A DNA stretch of 64,000 bases from Takakia lepidozioides (Eukaryota > Plantae > Bryophyta): contig CM060733.1 of NCBI GenBank assembly GCA_030704615.1, positions 21,638,001 to 21,702,000 on the forward strand. Reading direction: 5' to 3'. The position numbers and the translations under genes were made by a program. Below the pieces are notes generated by a model, which worked only from the letters and a program-made list of their open reading frames with translations, did not search any database and was not told the DNA's origin. Numbering within the stretch: position 1 is the first letter of the stretch; every line of letters starts with the position of its first letter. Shown piece after piece: positions 51,167 to 63,770 of the stretch.

Positions 51167-52574
51167 TGTGCCCCAACCTCTGCCCCTGCCTCTGTTCTGG
51201 CTGCAGAATCTTGAAGACCCTTACAGTCCTGTACAGATAAGTGTTAATGGTGTCACCACCTGCTGGCCTGCAATACACCAGCACGAATACTCGTCATAAT
51301 CTAGTGTCAAATGAAGAGAAACAAGTACCAGGGCTCATTAGGTGGGGTCTTCAGTAAAGTCCACCATGCCTTTACCCCTGGGTTAGAGCTGGTCAGGCCT
51401 TTGATGTGCTGATCCTTCGAAACCGAAACTACTAGCATCATCCTAAGATCAATATCCTCCTACTGGGCCTGTTAAGAGGCACTTAGCCTAATTAACGGCA
51501 GGGTTCTTTGGCCTTCCATGCTTGGCCCTCCAATATGGTACCCATGCCCTGTACTAGGCTGTCTGTTTTTGCTCAGCACTCTCTTTTAGCTGCAGGGCAG
51601 GCCCAGGGTACCTGCATTGTACACACCTCGCATAGGGCTCATGGTAACGTTTAGATGTACGTCCTGCCTGCAGCAATCCCCAGCCCAACAGCAGAGCAAT
51701 ATTAGCACTCTCTATCTATCTCTACTATGCAAAGTAAATTTAATGTGACTGGCATAGGGAAACCCATTCCGAAAGTATCTCCTTCATATCACCAGAGAGT
51801 TTGAGGCTCGCAGCTCATGCCGAAATGAAATGGACAAACGAAAATTTTTAATGCACTCATGTCAATTCTGAATGACAAGCTCAAACATTTGTCAAGTGAG
51901 GCTACATGTCTCCTGGCGCGGAAGTCCATTGCAATTCGCCTCTGGCTTTGTCGTGCGACGGAATGGATCAGTGTATACTCTACTGCTCCTTGCAACAAAG
52001 ACCCAACTAGCATGGGCTCATCGATACCCATAGATATCATCCCCACCTAGTGTGCTATCCACTAACGTCTAGATACAGATCATTTGCATTCATATCAGCC
52101 GCTTCAGAGTCCATCACTCGACATATTGCGGCATACGAGAGGAATTTGAAGACATCGCAAAATGCTATCAGCCGGCGAAGCTGCCGGAAAGTAAGACATA
52201 GATGTATATCTGTATAGAAGTACACCCTGTCGGATCATACATCGCCTTGAGTGGCGACGCAGCTGAAATGGGCGTGCATAGAAAGGGTGCGGTACTGAGC
52301 AAGGGCCTCTGCTTACGCTCAAGTCCCCCATAAAAAGTGAAACAATTGACCTCACCTGCTAGGTATGTACACAAAGGAAAATCAACTTAAGAAAAAAGCT
52401 CCAAATGACCGAGCTAGAGCATCTGCACGCTTGCTTCAAAGAGAACACACTTACCAGGGAAGCTCGAAGCATGCAACACGACTATCCACAGAGATCCACC
52501 CAGTCCAGTTCAGCTAGTGGATGGGGTACGAGAAATCCGTTTATTAAACGAGTCCTTATTTCAGTGCGTGTGGT

Positions 52575-52578
<4 letters not shown>

Positions 52579-52608
<30 letters not shown>
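52579..52608. repeat. (GA)15 microsatellite near the presumed GPA1 transcription start region
   Basis: Direct reading. The TSS position is an inference. Confidence 0.8.
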
Positions 52609-52611
<3 letters not shown>

Positions 52612-54646
52612 GGGTAAGTAAGCACCAAGGTCAACGGGTGCAGCCACCATTGAAACTGCACAAGGCACCGACATATGGAAAAAGTGAGATACACACCAAG
52701 GCATTCGAGACGCCATAGCCGTGATGTGGAAGCTCTCAAGTGCCCCCCCGGCTCCCTGTCTTTAACCCCCAGTCAACGCCTGACTGGAGTTTACTACAAC
52801 CATGCACGGACAGACAGGTACCTGGTCACAGAGAGTCAATGTGACCAGAGAAAAAAAAGGGGGGGAAATGCATCCTCGTAATATACTAGAGAATCGTCAA
52901 CAAAATCCAAATAACAAAACAAAACAGAAGTCCTATGACTATTGTGTGACTTGCCAGAAACGTTAGCTTTTGTTTCCTCTTCTTGACTCTCTCGCATACA
53001 CGCTCACTGTGACACCCAAAGGCAATTGAAAGCATTTCTTGAGCGGGAACATGCTTGAGCTCACTCAAAGTAAGTGATCTAAGTATGTACTTGATTTCAA
53101 TAGGAAACTACACTTCATAACATAGAAGCGAACAAGCCTGCATCCACAATGAGATTTCTAGTATGTAACTTACTCCTCACACCTTTGTCTCTTTGCAATC
53201 GACTTGGGCGATTTGGAATTGGCGCACCGTGCATTCCATGTCCGTCCATGCAAGATCCAACTCTCCAATGATTTCCTCACAGATCCCAAGGCAGAATATA
53301 AAATCCACTTGCCCAGGTGCGAATGTGAGATCCATACTATTTTAATTCCCACTGACTGAGGGTACCGATTGTATGATACTCAGCCGTAGAAGGGATTGTG
53401 CTCGTGAATATGTATGTATGTATTTGTGGAATCATCGTAAGCCCAGTTGGACAGAATGTATCATGTATGATTCTATTTCCACGATTTGCTCTAACGACAA
53501 TGAGGTACCTGGAGGTTGTCAGATTCCACTCTCTGTAAAGACACATCCGCCCACTTGGCATTGGCTCCTCCCAGAGCTAAATCGGTAGAGGAATCTGTAA
53601 AACTCATACCATATGAGTTGGACTTTTGCATCTTCTTCGTGTATGTTCGTGTATCATGCAATGTAGCCTACACTTTCCGAGATATACAACATGGAACATA
53701 TTATGTAAACTCCACCTAGCTAGCTAGAGTCCCAGACTACACAATGCCCATTGAACAAGTTATAAGTGACAAGTTATATAAGAGCACTTTATATCACCTT
53801 GTCCGTTGAATGGCGTCACCATTGTCAAGGGTCATACTTGCCTTTTGACCACGATTCTAGGCCAAGAATGCTAACCTCTTAGGACCTTTGGAAACCGGGA
53901 GTGGCAAGTTGCGGTCAGTCGCTTGTCAATGATATATGTATGGAGAACCAAGAACCCTTGATCACATGAATTGCATGTAAGCAGTGTTGCAATACATGAA
54001 TCCATCGTGCAAGAAAACAACACTATCAAAGGCACAAACCATTTTATTAGTGTTTGTGAGTTCAAACAACATGTTAGATGTCATAAAGGTGTTCACTTTC
54101 CACTAGAAGGCAGTAGTCCTGGGTCAAGGTCAAGTGACACCATAATTTATGCTAGCTTCGCATCCACAATTTAAAAAATAAAATAAAAATGAACAAGCAA
54201 GAAGGTGTGGCGTTTGAAACCATAAAAAACTTTGAATGCAAGAAAAAAAAACGACGAAAAGCACAAGCATTCTAGGGCTGGAGACGACTGGAACTGGAGG
54301 TTTGCCATAAGCAAATATTGGGCATAACACCGTAATCCAAGGCAACGTGTGAGCACATAAGGTGGCTCTTCAATAACCCCGTTAGACTAAAAGAATTTTG
54401 AGGTACCCATTGAAAGAGAGGCCTCTCATTTTTTAATAATTGAGAGTTTATGTCGCGCGTGTGGGACAAGGCGCACGGACGCCGGGTCGCCCTCCCCCGC
54501 CCTGCCCACCCCCACGTGCCAGCCGCCCGCACGCCGTCCAGCCCGCCCCCGGACCGCGGCCCCCGCCCGCCCGCCATCCGGTCCCCAGTGGGTCTGCCCG
54601 GGATGGGGTCTGCCCAAGATCAGTCTGCCCGCTGCTGGGTCTACTG

Positions 54647-55370
54647 TGTCGCGGCCATTTGCCTTGAGGGCAGGGGGTCGGGTCGCAGAGGGGCTGCCCC
54701 TGTGGTGGGGGCGGTGGCAGCAATAGGTATGGGGGGCTGAAGCAACCTCGAGTGCCCAAGGCACTCGAGGAGGCGGAGGCACTCACTAGGTGGAGCCCCG
54801 CACACCGGGTTGCGGTGGGGGTGGCTCCACAAGGGGTGGTGGTAGCTTAGTGGGACTTAGTGGGGGTGACATAGGACTCACCATGGGGGCGGAGACCTTG
54901 TGGTGGGAGTCTTGGGGAGTCTTGGGACTCATCACGGTCCAAGGGACCGTGGTGGGTGGGCCAAGACTCACCGCGACTCATCACCGGGAATCGAGGGTTT
55001 TCGTGGTGGTTCGCCATAAAATGGTGGTGTTGTTTGTGAAACCCCCGCAGACAGTCACAGAAGTATATATAGGGAGTAGTAACCCCGAGAACGGTGCAAG
55101 CCCATTGGTGTCCAAAAACTAGTGAGTAAGCGTGCGAGCCGGAAAGCGACCAAGGTGTGGGGAGCTATTCCAGACTGCCATCGACCAAAGGGAATTTCCA
55201 CTAGGCTCAAATTGGGAGAGGGTCTAGTGGAGGAATAAAGGGGGACCGTTATGCCCCGGTGAGTAGCCGAAGCTCCGAGTTGGCCCGGTGACCAGTTTGG
55301 GAGTTAGGCGCGCACATCAAGCGAGTAACTATGACTTGAAGGGGAGCTTACCGAAGTGAGGTGCGCAACA
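54647..55370 (+). repeat. 5' LTR (724 bp)
   Basis: TG...CA termini. 54913-55370 is colinear with 57833-58290. TATA-like TATATAGGG at ~55065. Confidence 0.92.
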
Positions 55371-55372
55371 CT

Positions 55373-55384
55373 TGGTATTAGAGC
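55373..55384 (+). promoter_or_regulatory. Primer-binding site, tRNA-iMet type
   Basis: TGGTATTAGAGC 2 nt after the LTR, one mismatch to TGGTATCAGAGC. Confidence 0.85.
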
Positions 55385-55425
55385 TTAGAGTTCAGTACGC
55401 GATCATCCTTGGGATCGGCCTCATT

Positions 55426-57832
55426 ATGGGGTCGGGCAAGTCAAAGCAAAAGCAGAACGGCCCGAAAGATGATGATCCTGGTGAGCCCGATGGGGGCGAC
55501 GTGTCACCGAAGCGGCCATTTGAGGAAGCGATGCATGCCTTTGGAAGCAAGGCCGCTCAAGGACGGGAGAAATCTGAGGAGTCGGAGCCCGAGGAAACCC
55601 TGAGAGCTCTGACAGACCAACAGATGTCTCCCATGCCAGCAGCCTTTTGGGAAGGGTTGTTGGCGCAGTTTGGTGGGACATTGAAAGACGTGTTAAAGGC
55701 GACTAATGCCACTTCCACTAAGGCAAAGTTTAAGGTGAAGCCTGAGGAACCCGGCACCTTCGAGGGCGTCCGAAATTAGAAGGCACTCAGCACCTGGCTC
55801 TTGGAACTAAAGCAGTACTTCCGGGCAGCCAAGTTGGATGACGAGGATCGAGTGGAAGTGGCTCCCACCTATTTGAGGGGCTATGCTCAACAATGGTGGC
55901 AGAAACGCCTTCACAACCGAGGTCCAAACCCGGAGACCTTGAACTGGAGTGGGTTCAAGGAACTCATGAAGAGACAGTTTGTGCCCCTTAACGCGTCCTG
56001 GCTCGCCCTGGACAAGATGAGGAATTTGAAGCAAATGGATGACGTTCGGGGATATGTTTAGGCTTTCAATGTGTTGTTGTTCGAAGTCGCGGACATGGCA
56101 GAACTAGAAATGGTCTTCAACTTTGTGGCGGGACTTGGCCCCATGGGCCAGACGGAAGTTGGAGGAGAAGCCACCTAAGACTTTGAACGAGGCAATTGAA
56201 AGGGCTGAATGTTTCTCGGATGTCCCTAGGGGCGAAAGACAAGGCCGTACGGAGCTGAACCACAAGAAGGTCCAGCGGGAAGGTGACTCCTTCCGACCGG
56301 AAAAGAAGTGGGATAGGCCACGCGGCGACAATGGCACATGGAAACCGAAGGGAGGGCCCTCACACGTCAAGACGACACCCGGTGCCCCGAAAGGGAAACC
56401 AGGTGCGGCGGCTTATGGTGGACAGAAGGCGACCTTCGATGGAGTGTGCTTTAATTGCGGGGAGCCCGGGCACATGGCCAAAAAGTGTACGAATCCCCGA
56501 CAATTGAACATGACTCGGGCAACCACGGATTTATCCGAAGCCTCCATCAGCCGCTTGGTAGAGGTGGTGGTCGCCAAGACTTGCAAGGTAGGCAACTACT
56601 CTTGTGAGTTGTATCAGGAAACTGGTGCCTTGCGTAAAGGGAGTCAGTTAATGTTTGTGAGTGGGATAATCTCCGGAACTAACGTATCGTTGTTGGTGGA
56701 CACAGGAGCGTCGCACTCCTTCATGACACCGGCAACGGCACGGAAGCTGGGACTCTCGACAAGTGATGTGGGGGCCTCGATTGAGGTGCGTTCTGCTAAA
56801 GGAGCGATGTCTTGCCTGGTTACAATAGTAACACAGTTCTTCACCATTGGGTCCTCGCCCTTGGTCTATTCTGGGATGACCTTTTTGAGCAGATCCGGAG
56901 CGGTCATAGATGGCCGCAAAAGAGTAGTCACGCTACCGTGTGGGAATGGTCGAAGTTTTACGAGTGTCGAAAACGCCCAACCCCGTGGGTCGTGGAGGAG
57001 CCACACAAGCCCCAATTTTTGCTTTACGTAAGACAAGTGAAGGAAAAAGGCGATGGGGAGCCGAGCCCAGATTGGATCAAGGGGATTTTGGAGAAATATC
57101 GGGATGTGATGCTGGAGGATTTACCAAGCGGCTTGCCACCGCGAAGAAGAGTTGACCACAAAATTGAGGTGATATCGGGATCGGAGCTGCCCGCCAAGGC
57201 ACCCTACCAGTTGAGCCACAGAGAGTTGGTCGAGCTGAAGACTCAGCTCAAGGATCTAATGTCAAAGGGGTACATCCGGCCGAATAAGTCACCTTACGGA
57301 GCCCTGGTGCTATTCGCAGACAAGAAGGATGGGACGCTACGGATGTGTGTCGATTACAGGGCTCTGAATAAGGTGACTATCAAAAACCGATACCCTTTGC
57401 CAAGGATCGATGACCTCTTCGATCGGTTGGCAGGAGCGAAGTATTTCAGCCGGATCGATTTGCGCTCCGGATATCATCAAATTCGAGTGGCGGAAGGAGA
57501 TTAGGAAAAGACCGCGTGCAGGACAAGGTATGGTTCCTATGAGTTCTTGGTGATGCCCTTTGGGCTCACCAACGCACCCGCAACCTTTAGCACGCTAATG
57601 AACAGCCTTTTCCAGGAGTGGTTGGACGACTTTGTGATTGTGTACATGGACGACATCTTGGTGTACTCGAAAACAAAGGAAGAGCACCTGGAGCACCTCA
57701 AAAGGGTGTTCCAGAAATAACGGGAAGGAAAGTTGTATGCCAAAGCTTCAAAGTGCGAATTCGGGGTCACAAAAGTGGAGTTCTTGGGGCATGTGATTAC
57801 ACAGGATGGGATTAAAATGGATGACAGAAAGG
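55426..57832 (+). pseudogene. gag-pol remnant (Gag, zinc knuckle, aspartic protease, partial RT); RNase H and integrase deleted
   Basis: [81 protein letters not shown]. Stops at 55777, 56059, 57502 and 57718, plus frameshifts. Confidence 0.92.
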
Positions 57833-58290
57833 TGGGGAGTCTTGGGACTCATCACGGTCCAAGGGACCGTGGTGGGTGGGCCAAGACTCACCGCGACTCA
57901 TCACCGGGAATCGAGGGTTTTCGTGGTGGTTCGCCATAAAATGGTGGTGTTGTTTGTGAAACCCCCGCAGACAGTCACAGAAGTATATATAGGGAGTAGT
58001 AACCTCGAGAATGGTGCAAGCCCGTTGATGTGCAAAAACTAGTGAGTAAGCGTGCGAGCCGGAAAGCAACCAAGGTGTGGGGAGCTATTCCGGACTGCCA
58101 TCGACCAAAGGGAATTTCCACTAAGCTCAAATTGGGAGAGGGTCTAGTGGAGGAGTAAAGGGGGACCGTTATGCCTCGGTGAGCAGCCGAAGCTCCGAGT
58201 TGGCTCGGTGGCTTGTTTGGGAGTTAGGCGCGCACATCAAGCGAGTAACTATGACTTGAAGGGGAGCTTACCGAAGTGAGGTGCGCGACA
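57833..58290 (+). repeat. 3' LTR, 5'-truncated (458 bp)
   Basis: Ungapped match to 54913-55370 with 16 mismatches by manual comparison. Confidence 0.92.
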
Positions 58291-59865
58291 TACTGGGTAT
58301 GCCGCCAAGTAGTCCGATCCGGCAGACCCAAACGCACCCCAGATGATGTGTCGCCATCTCACCGTGATGCCGCGTTGCTGTCGTAGCCGCCCGGATTTAG
58401 GGCATAGCAGCCGCCGCCAATCGTGGGCGAAGACTGTTTCATCGATCTTTTCCTCCCAATGGTCTGTTCCTGCCAACGCGCTTCAATCCTGCCAAGAACG
58501 TGCGTGCTGTCGTCCTTCGCTTCCACTTTTCCAGGTCGTATTGCAGGTGCTTTCGAGTGCGCGAAGGGGTACTGCAGTGTATATGGCAGCGGCGTCGATG
58601 CCCAACCAGAAAGCTTTCTTATACGTCCACTGTGACAATGTATTCAAACACCAAAGGATGGGCCATTTTCCTGCAAAGACCTTTACTGGATGAACGAGAG
58701 TCGCTCTGGATACATGGGCTCTCAAGTGCGGGTCCGCACAGCCTGTATTCCTTGGCAGAGAGTGCTCGACTTTGTACTTGGAGAGGAGAGTAGAGACGGG
58801 TGTTTCACCCAATTTTACATAAATGTGCATGTTAACGCGAAGCCCGGACCGCGAAGAGCTCCAAGAGCTAACACATATCTAACCCCTGTCATGTCTGCAC
58901 CATATTCCCACACTGCCTCTTTATTCATGCCATGTGCTTGTGCTTGTCGGACATGTATATGCATCATATGTAGATAGGGTTTAGGCTGTCTGACATGCTT
59001 GCAGAACTCCATGGGTGTCGATGACATACGACCCTGTCCAGGTATCAGTGTTGCTATGGACCAGAGGACAAGCGCACCAACAATTTGACTGTCACGGATC
59101 CTAAAGTCAAGCGAGGAGGTCCGGACGTTGGGGCTGGAAGCAGTAATCCTCACAAAGGTCCAAGACGAAAGAAAAACCAATACGGCGAGTCTTACAAGCG
59201 TGGGTGTCTCTGTTGTTTCAAAGTCTCGCAATGTTATCTTGCTCCAGACATTGGGGTCATCACATATTATAACAACATGCAACACCTGGATGTGTCCGGA
59301 AAACCCTCTCATGGCGGATATTCTGAGTTCCAGTTTAGCCGATATGCTTATGCTCCACATATTAGCGAGGAGCTCAAAAAGTGGATCATGGAATGCTTGT
59401 CTCGAGGCTTGAGTGTCACCCAAGTCATGATTGAACACAAGGAGCACGTCATGTAGAACAGTGGCTTGGGAGACGCATGGACATGCGACGACTTTCTCCT
59501 CGAGCAAGATGTCCGAAATCTCGCTGAAAAATGAGCCTGGCAGACCTTCAAAAAACACGCTACAATCCGTGCGTATGTGGAAAGATCAAAACCCAGACTC
59601 GGTCTTCTTCTACCAGGAGGAATCTTTGGCACCGACATTTCAACATTTTGATGGAGATTTGACCTTCACCATTGGGATTCTGACTCATTGGCAGCGGTAG
59701 AAGATGTTGGACTTGGGCCATGCGCGCATCGTAGCTTGCGACGCTACATTTGGAACTAACCATCACAAGGTCTTCCATGGACCCTCTCCACGGGCTTCTG
59801 CTAGCATGATAGTATACTACATTGGTCTCCCACTCTTGTGGTGCATTGCTTATTCGTCCTCAATC

Positions 59866-60062
59866 CCGATAGACCTAACTGTTGTAGACCCTGTCCCAGT
59901 ACACCCTGTTCCGGCAGACCTTCCACTGCACTCTGTTTTAGGGCAGACCCTTTTGCGTGTTCACCCTGTTACAGTAGACCCTGTGCGTGTTCACCAAGTT
60001 GCAGTACAACATGTGCGTTTTCACCCTATTGCAGTAGACCCTGTGCTAGTACACCCTGTTAA
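59866..60062. repeat. ~6 copies of a 30-bp unit in transposase intron 2
   Basis: Consensus approximately GTAGACCCTGTGCGTGTTCACCCTGTTRCA. Confidence 0.85.
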
Positions 60063-60319
60063 AATAGGCCTTGTCGGTACGACACTGGTCTGCTAATTAC
60101 AAATTGTCATTTCATGCAGTTCCCCTTGTACACGTTGATGGTGTTCGACCAATGGTTGAACGGAATTCCGGTTGCATACATATTGTCAGCAAGCAATCGA
60201 ACATCAGACCTTATCCCGTGGATGCTAGCATTGCGTGATGCCCTCCTTCAGGAAAAGCCCACCTGGCGGCCAAATGCCTTCATTGTCGACGACGCTGAAG
60301 CAGAAATCAATGCAATTCG

Positions 60320-60453
60320 GTATGCCACATCTCAATTTGCCCTATGGTCTGCTATATGGTCCGCTGCAAGGTATGCCCTGTCTGGTCTCACGCTTGTGGC
60401 GGTACTGAATCCGGTATGCCACATCTCATTCTGCCCTATGGTCTGCCATATGG

Positions 60454-60497
<44 letters not shown>

Positions 60498-60680
60498 TGC
60501 AGCATTGAGCATCTGCCGAGGGTTCCCAGGGAGTTTGGTGCACAGGGGTGAGGTGCCCTGGGAGCTTGATATGCCCTATGGTCTGCCCTATGGTATGCCT
60601 TATGGTCCGCTCTAGGGTCTGCTATATGGTCTGCCCTATTTGGTCTCACGCTTGTGGCAGTGCTGAATACGAATGCCCGG
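60320..60680. repeat. Transposase intron 3 built of a duplicated donor segment, GCCCTATGGTCT 12-mers and (CT)~20
   Basis: CGGTATGCCACATCTCA at ~60318 and ~60412; repeated 12-mers; (CT)n at 60456-60494. Confidence 0.8.
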
Positions 60681-61924
60681 TTCAGGCACTTCTGACTTTG
60701 TGGCCGCATGCAGGTTTGTTTTCACAGGAGTATGCATTTTTCTTTGCCTTTGGCATGTACGGAAGGCCTGGGTCAAGCAATCATGCCAGAAAATCAGTGA
60801 TCCGGGAACATCCTCGAAACAATTGGCAGATATGGGCGACCTTATGTACTGCAGAGGTGGACCGCAGAAAGAAGACGAAGCTGTGAAATGGGTTAAGAAA
60901 AAATTGAAGGCAATGAAAAAGAAATATCCTACTGGTCAGTTGTTCCTCCACTACATTCATGTGTATTGGGTTCCCAAAATCGCTATGTGGTGTACGGCTG
61001 CCCGCAACATTCCACATGCAAGCCAAGATACTAATGCAAGCATCGAGGCATACCACGGAAACGTAAAGGCAAGACTTAATATGTGCAAAGGCAAAATGAC
61101 CGGTCGAAGAGCCGATTGGCTCATATGGGAGTTGACTAGGCGTGTACTGGTCCACTAATGGTACGGCATTCATCTGAAGACGCATGGGTTATTCGCAACA
61201 ATAAACAGGAAAAGCACATTTCCAGTGCAATATGTGCAGATTGTGACATACCTCTTTCGTATGTGACTTTGCCTGCAGCGCCTGGGCAGCCTGCTTATGT
61301 GATCAGCTCCTCCGATCCGAATACAACGTACACCATGTTCAATCCAGAGTCGCAGTGGGTCTGTTGCACCTGCCTGTAGGCGCTAAAAGGCAATCTGTGC
61401 AAGCACCAGGTTCGGGTCATAAAGTTGCTAAAACCAGACCTGCAAGACGGTCTCATTGTCCGGACATGTGGTTCCCATCTCGGTACTGTTCATGGTGGGC
61501 TGGAGAATTTGGACGGCAGAGTCGTTGCTCATGCCAGACCTGTTGGAAGCTATTTTGAAATGGGAGATAACCAACCTGCTTGACCTTGTACATAACGACG
61601 CATACCTTATACACCATTGCTTGTCTGCGGTGTGTGTTTGCCGAGGGCAGATGCAGGACATCCTCGTCAAAAAAGCTTCCGGCATGTTACACCCAGCTGC
61701 AGCACGAGCGTTCAATCGTGTAAAAGACAACAACATGTCATTGAAGAGGAAAAAGGCTTTTGTGGAACATTTTCAAGCTCGGCAAAAAATGAAACTAAAT
61801 GGGGGGAAACGAGTGTCTGCCCTTCCCCCTGTTAGCCATATTTATCCGGCTCTGAGGCGGGTGTCTCATCGTCCAGAACTGAGAAAGAAAGATCAATCTA
61901 ACTAAGGAAAAGACGTGCAGTTGT

Positions 61925-62755
61925 CCAATGCGGCAGACCATGATCACAAACCACCTACAGTAGACCAGCACTGACTTGTAGTAGACCAATGCGGCAGAGC
62001 ATCTGCGACTCCCTTAATGTGCTTTTTAAAGGTTTGATGAAGGAGACCAATGAAGTCATAAATGAGCCAAAGTGAACCAGTAAAAAAATGTAGTAGAGTA
62101 ATGAAGCAAGCATAGCTCAATGAAGCAGACCAATACAGTACAGGGGTACACAAAGACAGTACACTCGACTAACGATGACCTGTGCCCCACATTCAGGCGA
62201 CCACCGAATTTAGTATACCACTATCTCATGGAGTAGACCAACAACCGTGGTCCTAAGTCCACCTCGTGGAGGTAGCACACCAATAACATCAATTCAGCAA
62301 CAGACCTCGGCGAGGAGTACTGCATACATTGAGAGATCAATAACATCGGTTCACCAGCAGACCACGTGGAGCAGTACACAATACAAAACATCGACCACAA
62401 ATGTTAAGCAGTAGACCACAACAGCAGACTAATGAAATATTCCACAAAAGTGTACATCATATATAAAAATGAACAGACCTGCACCACACACCACATGAAG
62501 CAGACCAATATAGTACAGGGGTAGACCACGACAGTACACTCGACTCCGTGGAAGTAGCAGACCAATAACATCAGTTCAGCAGCAGACCACGTCCAGGAGT
62601 ACTGCCAAACCACGTGAAGCACTACTCAATACAAAACATCGACCATAAATGTTTAGCTCTAGACCACAACAACAGACTAATGAAATGATCCACAAAAGTG
62701 AACAGACACATCATATATAAAAATGAACAGACCTGCACCACAGACCACATGAGTA
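61925..62755. repeat. AGACC-rich tandem/segmental repeats between the transposase and Ulp1 genes
   Basis: ~62360-62500 repeats at ~62610-62752, and ~62124-62170 repeats at ~62499-62545. Confidence 0.8.
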
Positions 62756-62790
62756 AATTTTCATTTATTGCCCGGCCTAGATGAAATAAC

Positions 62791-63770
62791 CTAGACATCG
62801 GAAGAGTCCGACACGTCCGACATCTTCCTAGATGACAACTGTCTTTCTACAACTACATTCTCCATAGTACTGCGTGCTTTCAAAATGTACTCAACACACT
62901 TTAGGCGTTGCCTGCAAGCATAGCGGAATGTAAACCAATTTGACGTAAACGGCTTCCTCTCTCTCTCTAAGTCCTTTGCCACGATCACTCTTCAACAAGT
63001 CGTAGAACCCCTCGATAAAGGACATGACGTAAAAGTCACATTCCCACGAGAAGGGTTGTTGTGGCACTTCAGGGACATGAAAATTGAATGCAGTGGCCTC
63101 GTCCCACGACGTAGTGTGCGGCTCCAAGCCGAGACATGCTCCATACACATTTCGAACCCATGGCAATATCTCCACGGGTTTGTGCATCTCCTTGATTGAG
63201 TTCAGATGAGTGAACACGCTGAGCACCCGGTCAATAATCACCAAACTCCAATGATACCTGCCACAACGCAGGGCGCATCAGCACAATGGAACAGCTGCAA
63301 ATCAAAATGGTAGACCCATTAAGCAGACTGGTAGACCTAGGCAGACCAATGTTGTAGACCAGTGATGGTGGACCAATGATAAAGGGCAGAGAAACAGTGG
63401 TACGCACGAACGCAGAACACTTACCCATCAACTATTGGTACCAGTATGTACTTGCAGGTCTTCGGGTCCTTCCCCATACGATGCACTGTCAATCCGTGCT
63501 CCACCTGCGAACGAACCCGTTCGTGACCTGGACTCCAGTGAATCTTCACTACACTCCAAACCCACGTCGGCAAAATAGCAACATCATTATATGTCTTCAC
63601 ATCCAGATCTTTATGATAAAACCTATACCACAACTCAAGCAATCGGTCTGTAGCCTCCGATTCCTGTTTCTCTAGGGCTTTGAGATCCTCGGTGGCAACA
63701 CTGCACTCAAACTGTGGGTCGTTTTCAAAAAAGTACAGCATTGCTTTTCCCTCAGAGATATGTGCGTTGA
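62791..63770 (-). pseudogene. Ulp1-like (peptidase C48, SUMO protease) gene carried by the MULE; frameshifted, 5' part unresolved
   Basis: YILVPIVDG, intron 63424-63258, then YHWSLVIID..HLNSI..VPQQPFSWECDFYVMSFI. Catalytic His and Cys and the oxyanion Gln are present. Frameshift near 62990. Confidence 0.8.

Larger units (their letters stand above)
54647..58290 (+). mobile_element. Ty3/gypsy LTR retrotransposon (chromovirus-like RT by inference), internally deleted, nested in the MULE
   Basis: 5-bp TSD TACTG at 54642-54646 and 58291-58295. Termini TGTCGCG...CGCGACA. Gag-PR-RT order. Confidence 0.95.
58600..61905 (+). pseudogene. MULE transposase with SWIM zinc finger (At1g60560/At4g13970-like family by recalled motifs)
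   Basis: IPWQRVLDFVLGE, CCYGPED, KRGCLCCF, APHISEELK, VFFYQE, CDATFGTN, FPLYTLMVFD, FIVDDAEAEINAI, CLWHVRKAW, IEAYHGNVK, CCTC..GNLCKH. Introns ~58893-59041, 59770-60119, 60320-60713. Stops at 59454, 59698, 61156 and 61377. Confidence 0.88.

Noticed and set aside
54270-54450. Candidate left TIR of the MULE (palindromic GAGAGGCCTCTC nearby)
   Set aside because: The partner end is outside the window, so no TIR or TSD can be verified.
59866-60062. Regular 30-bp repeats as a possible CRISPR array
   Set aside because: Contiguous tandem units without unique spacers, inside a eukaryotic intron, with no cas genes.
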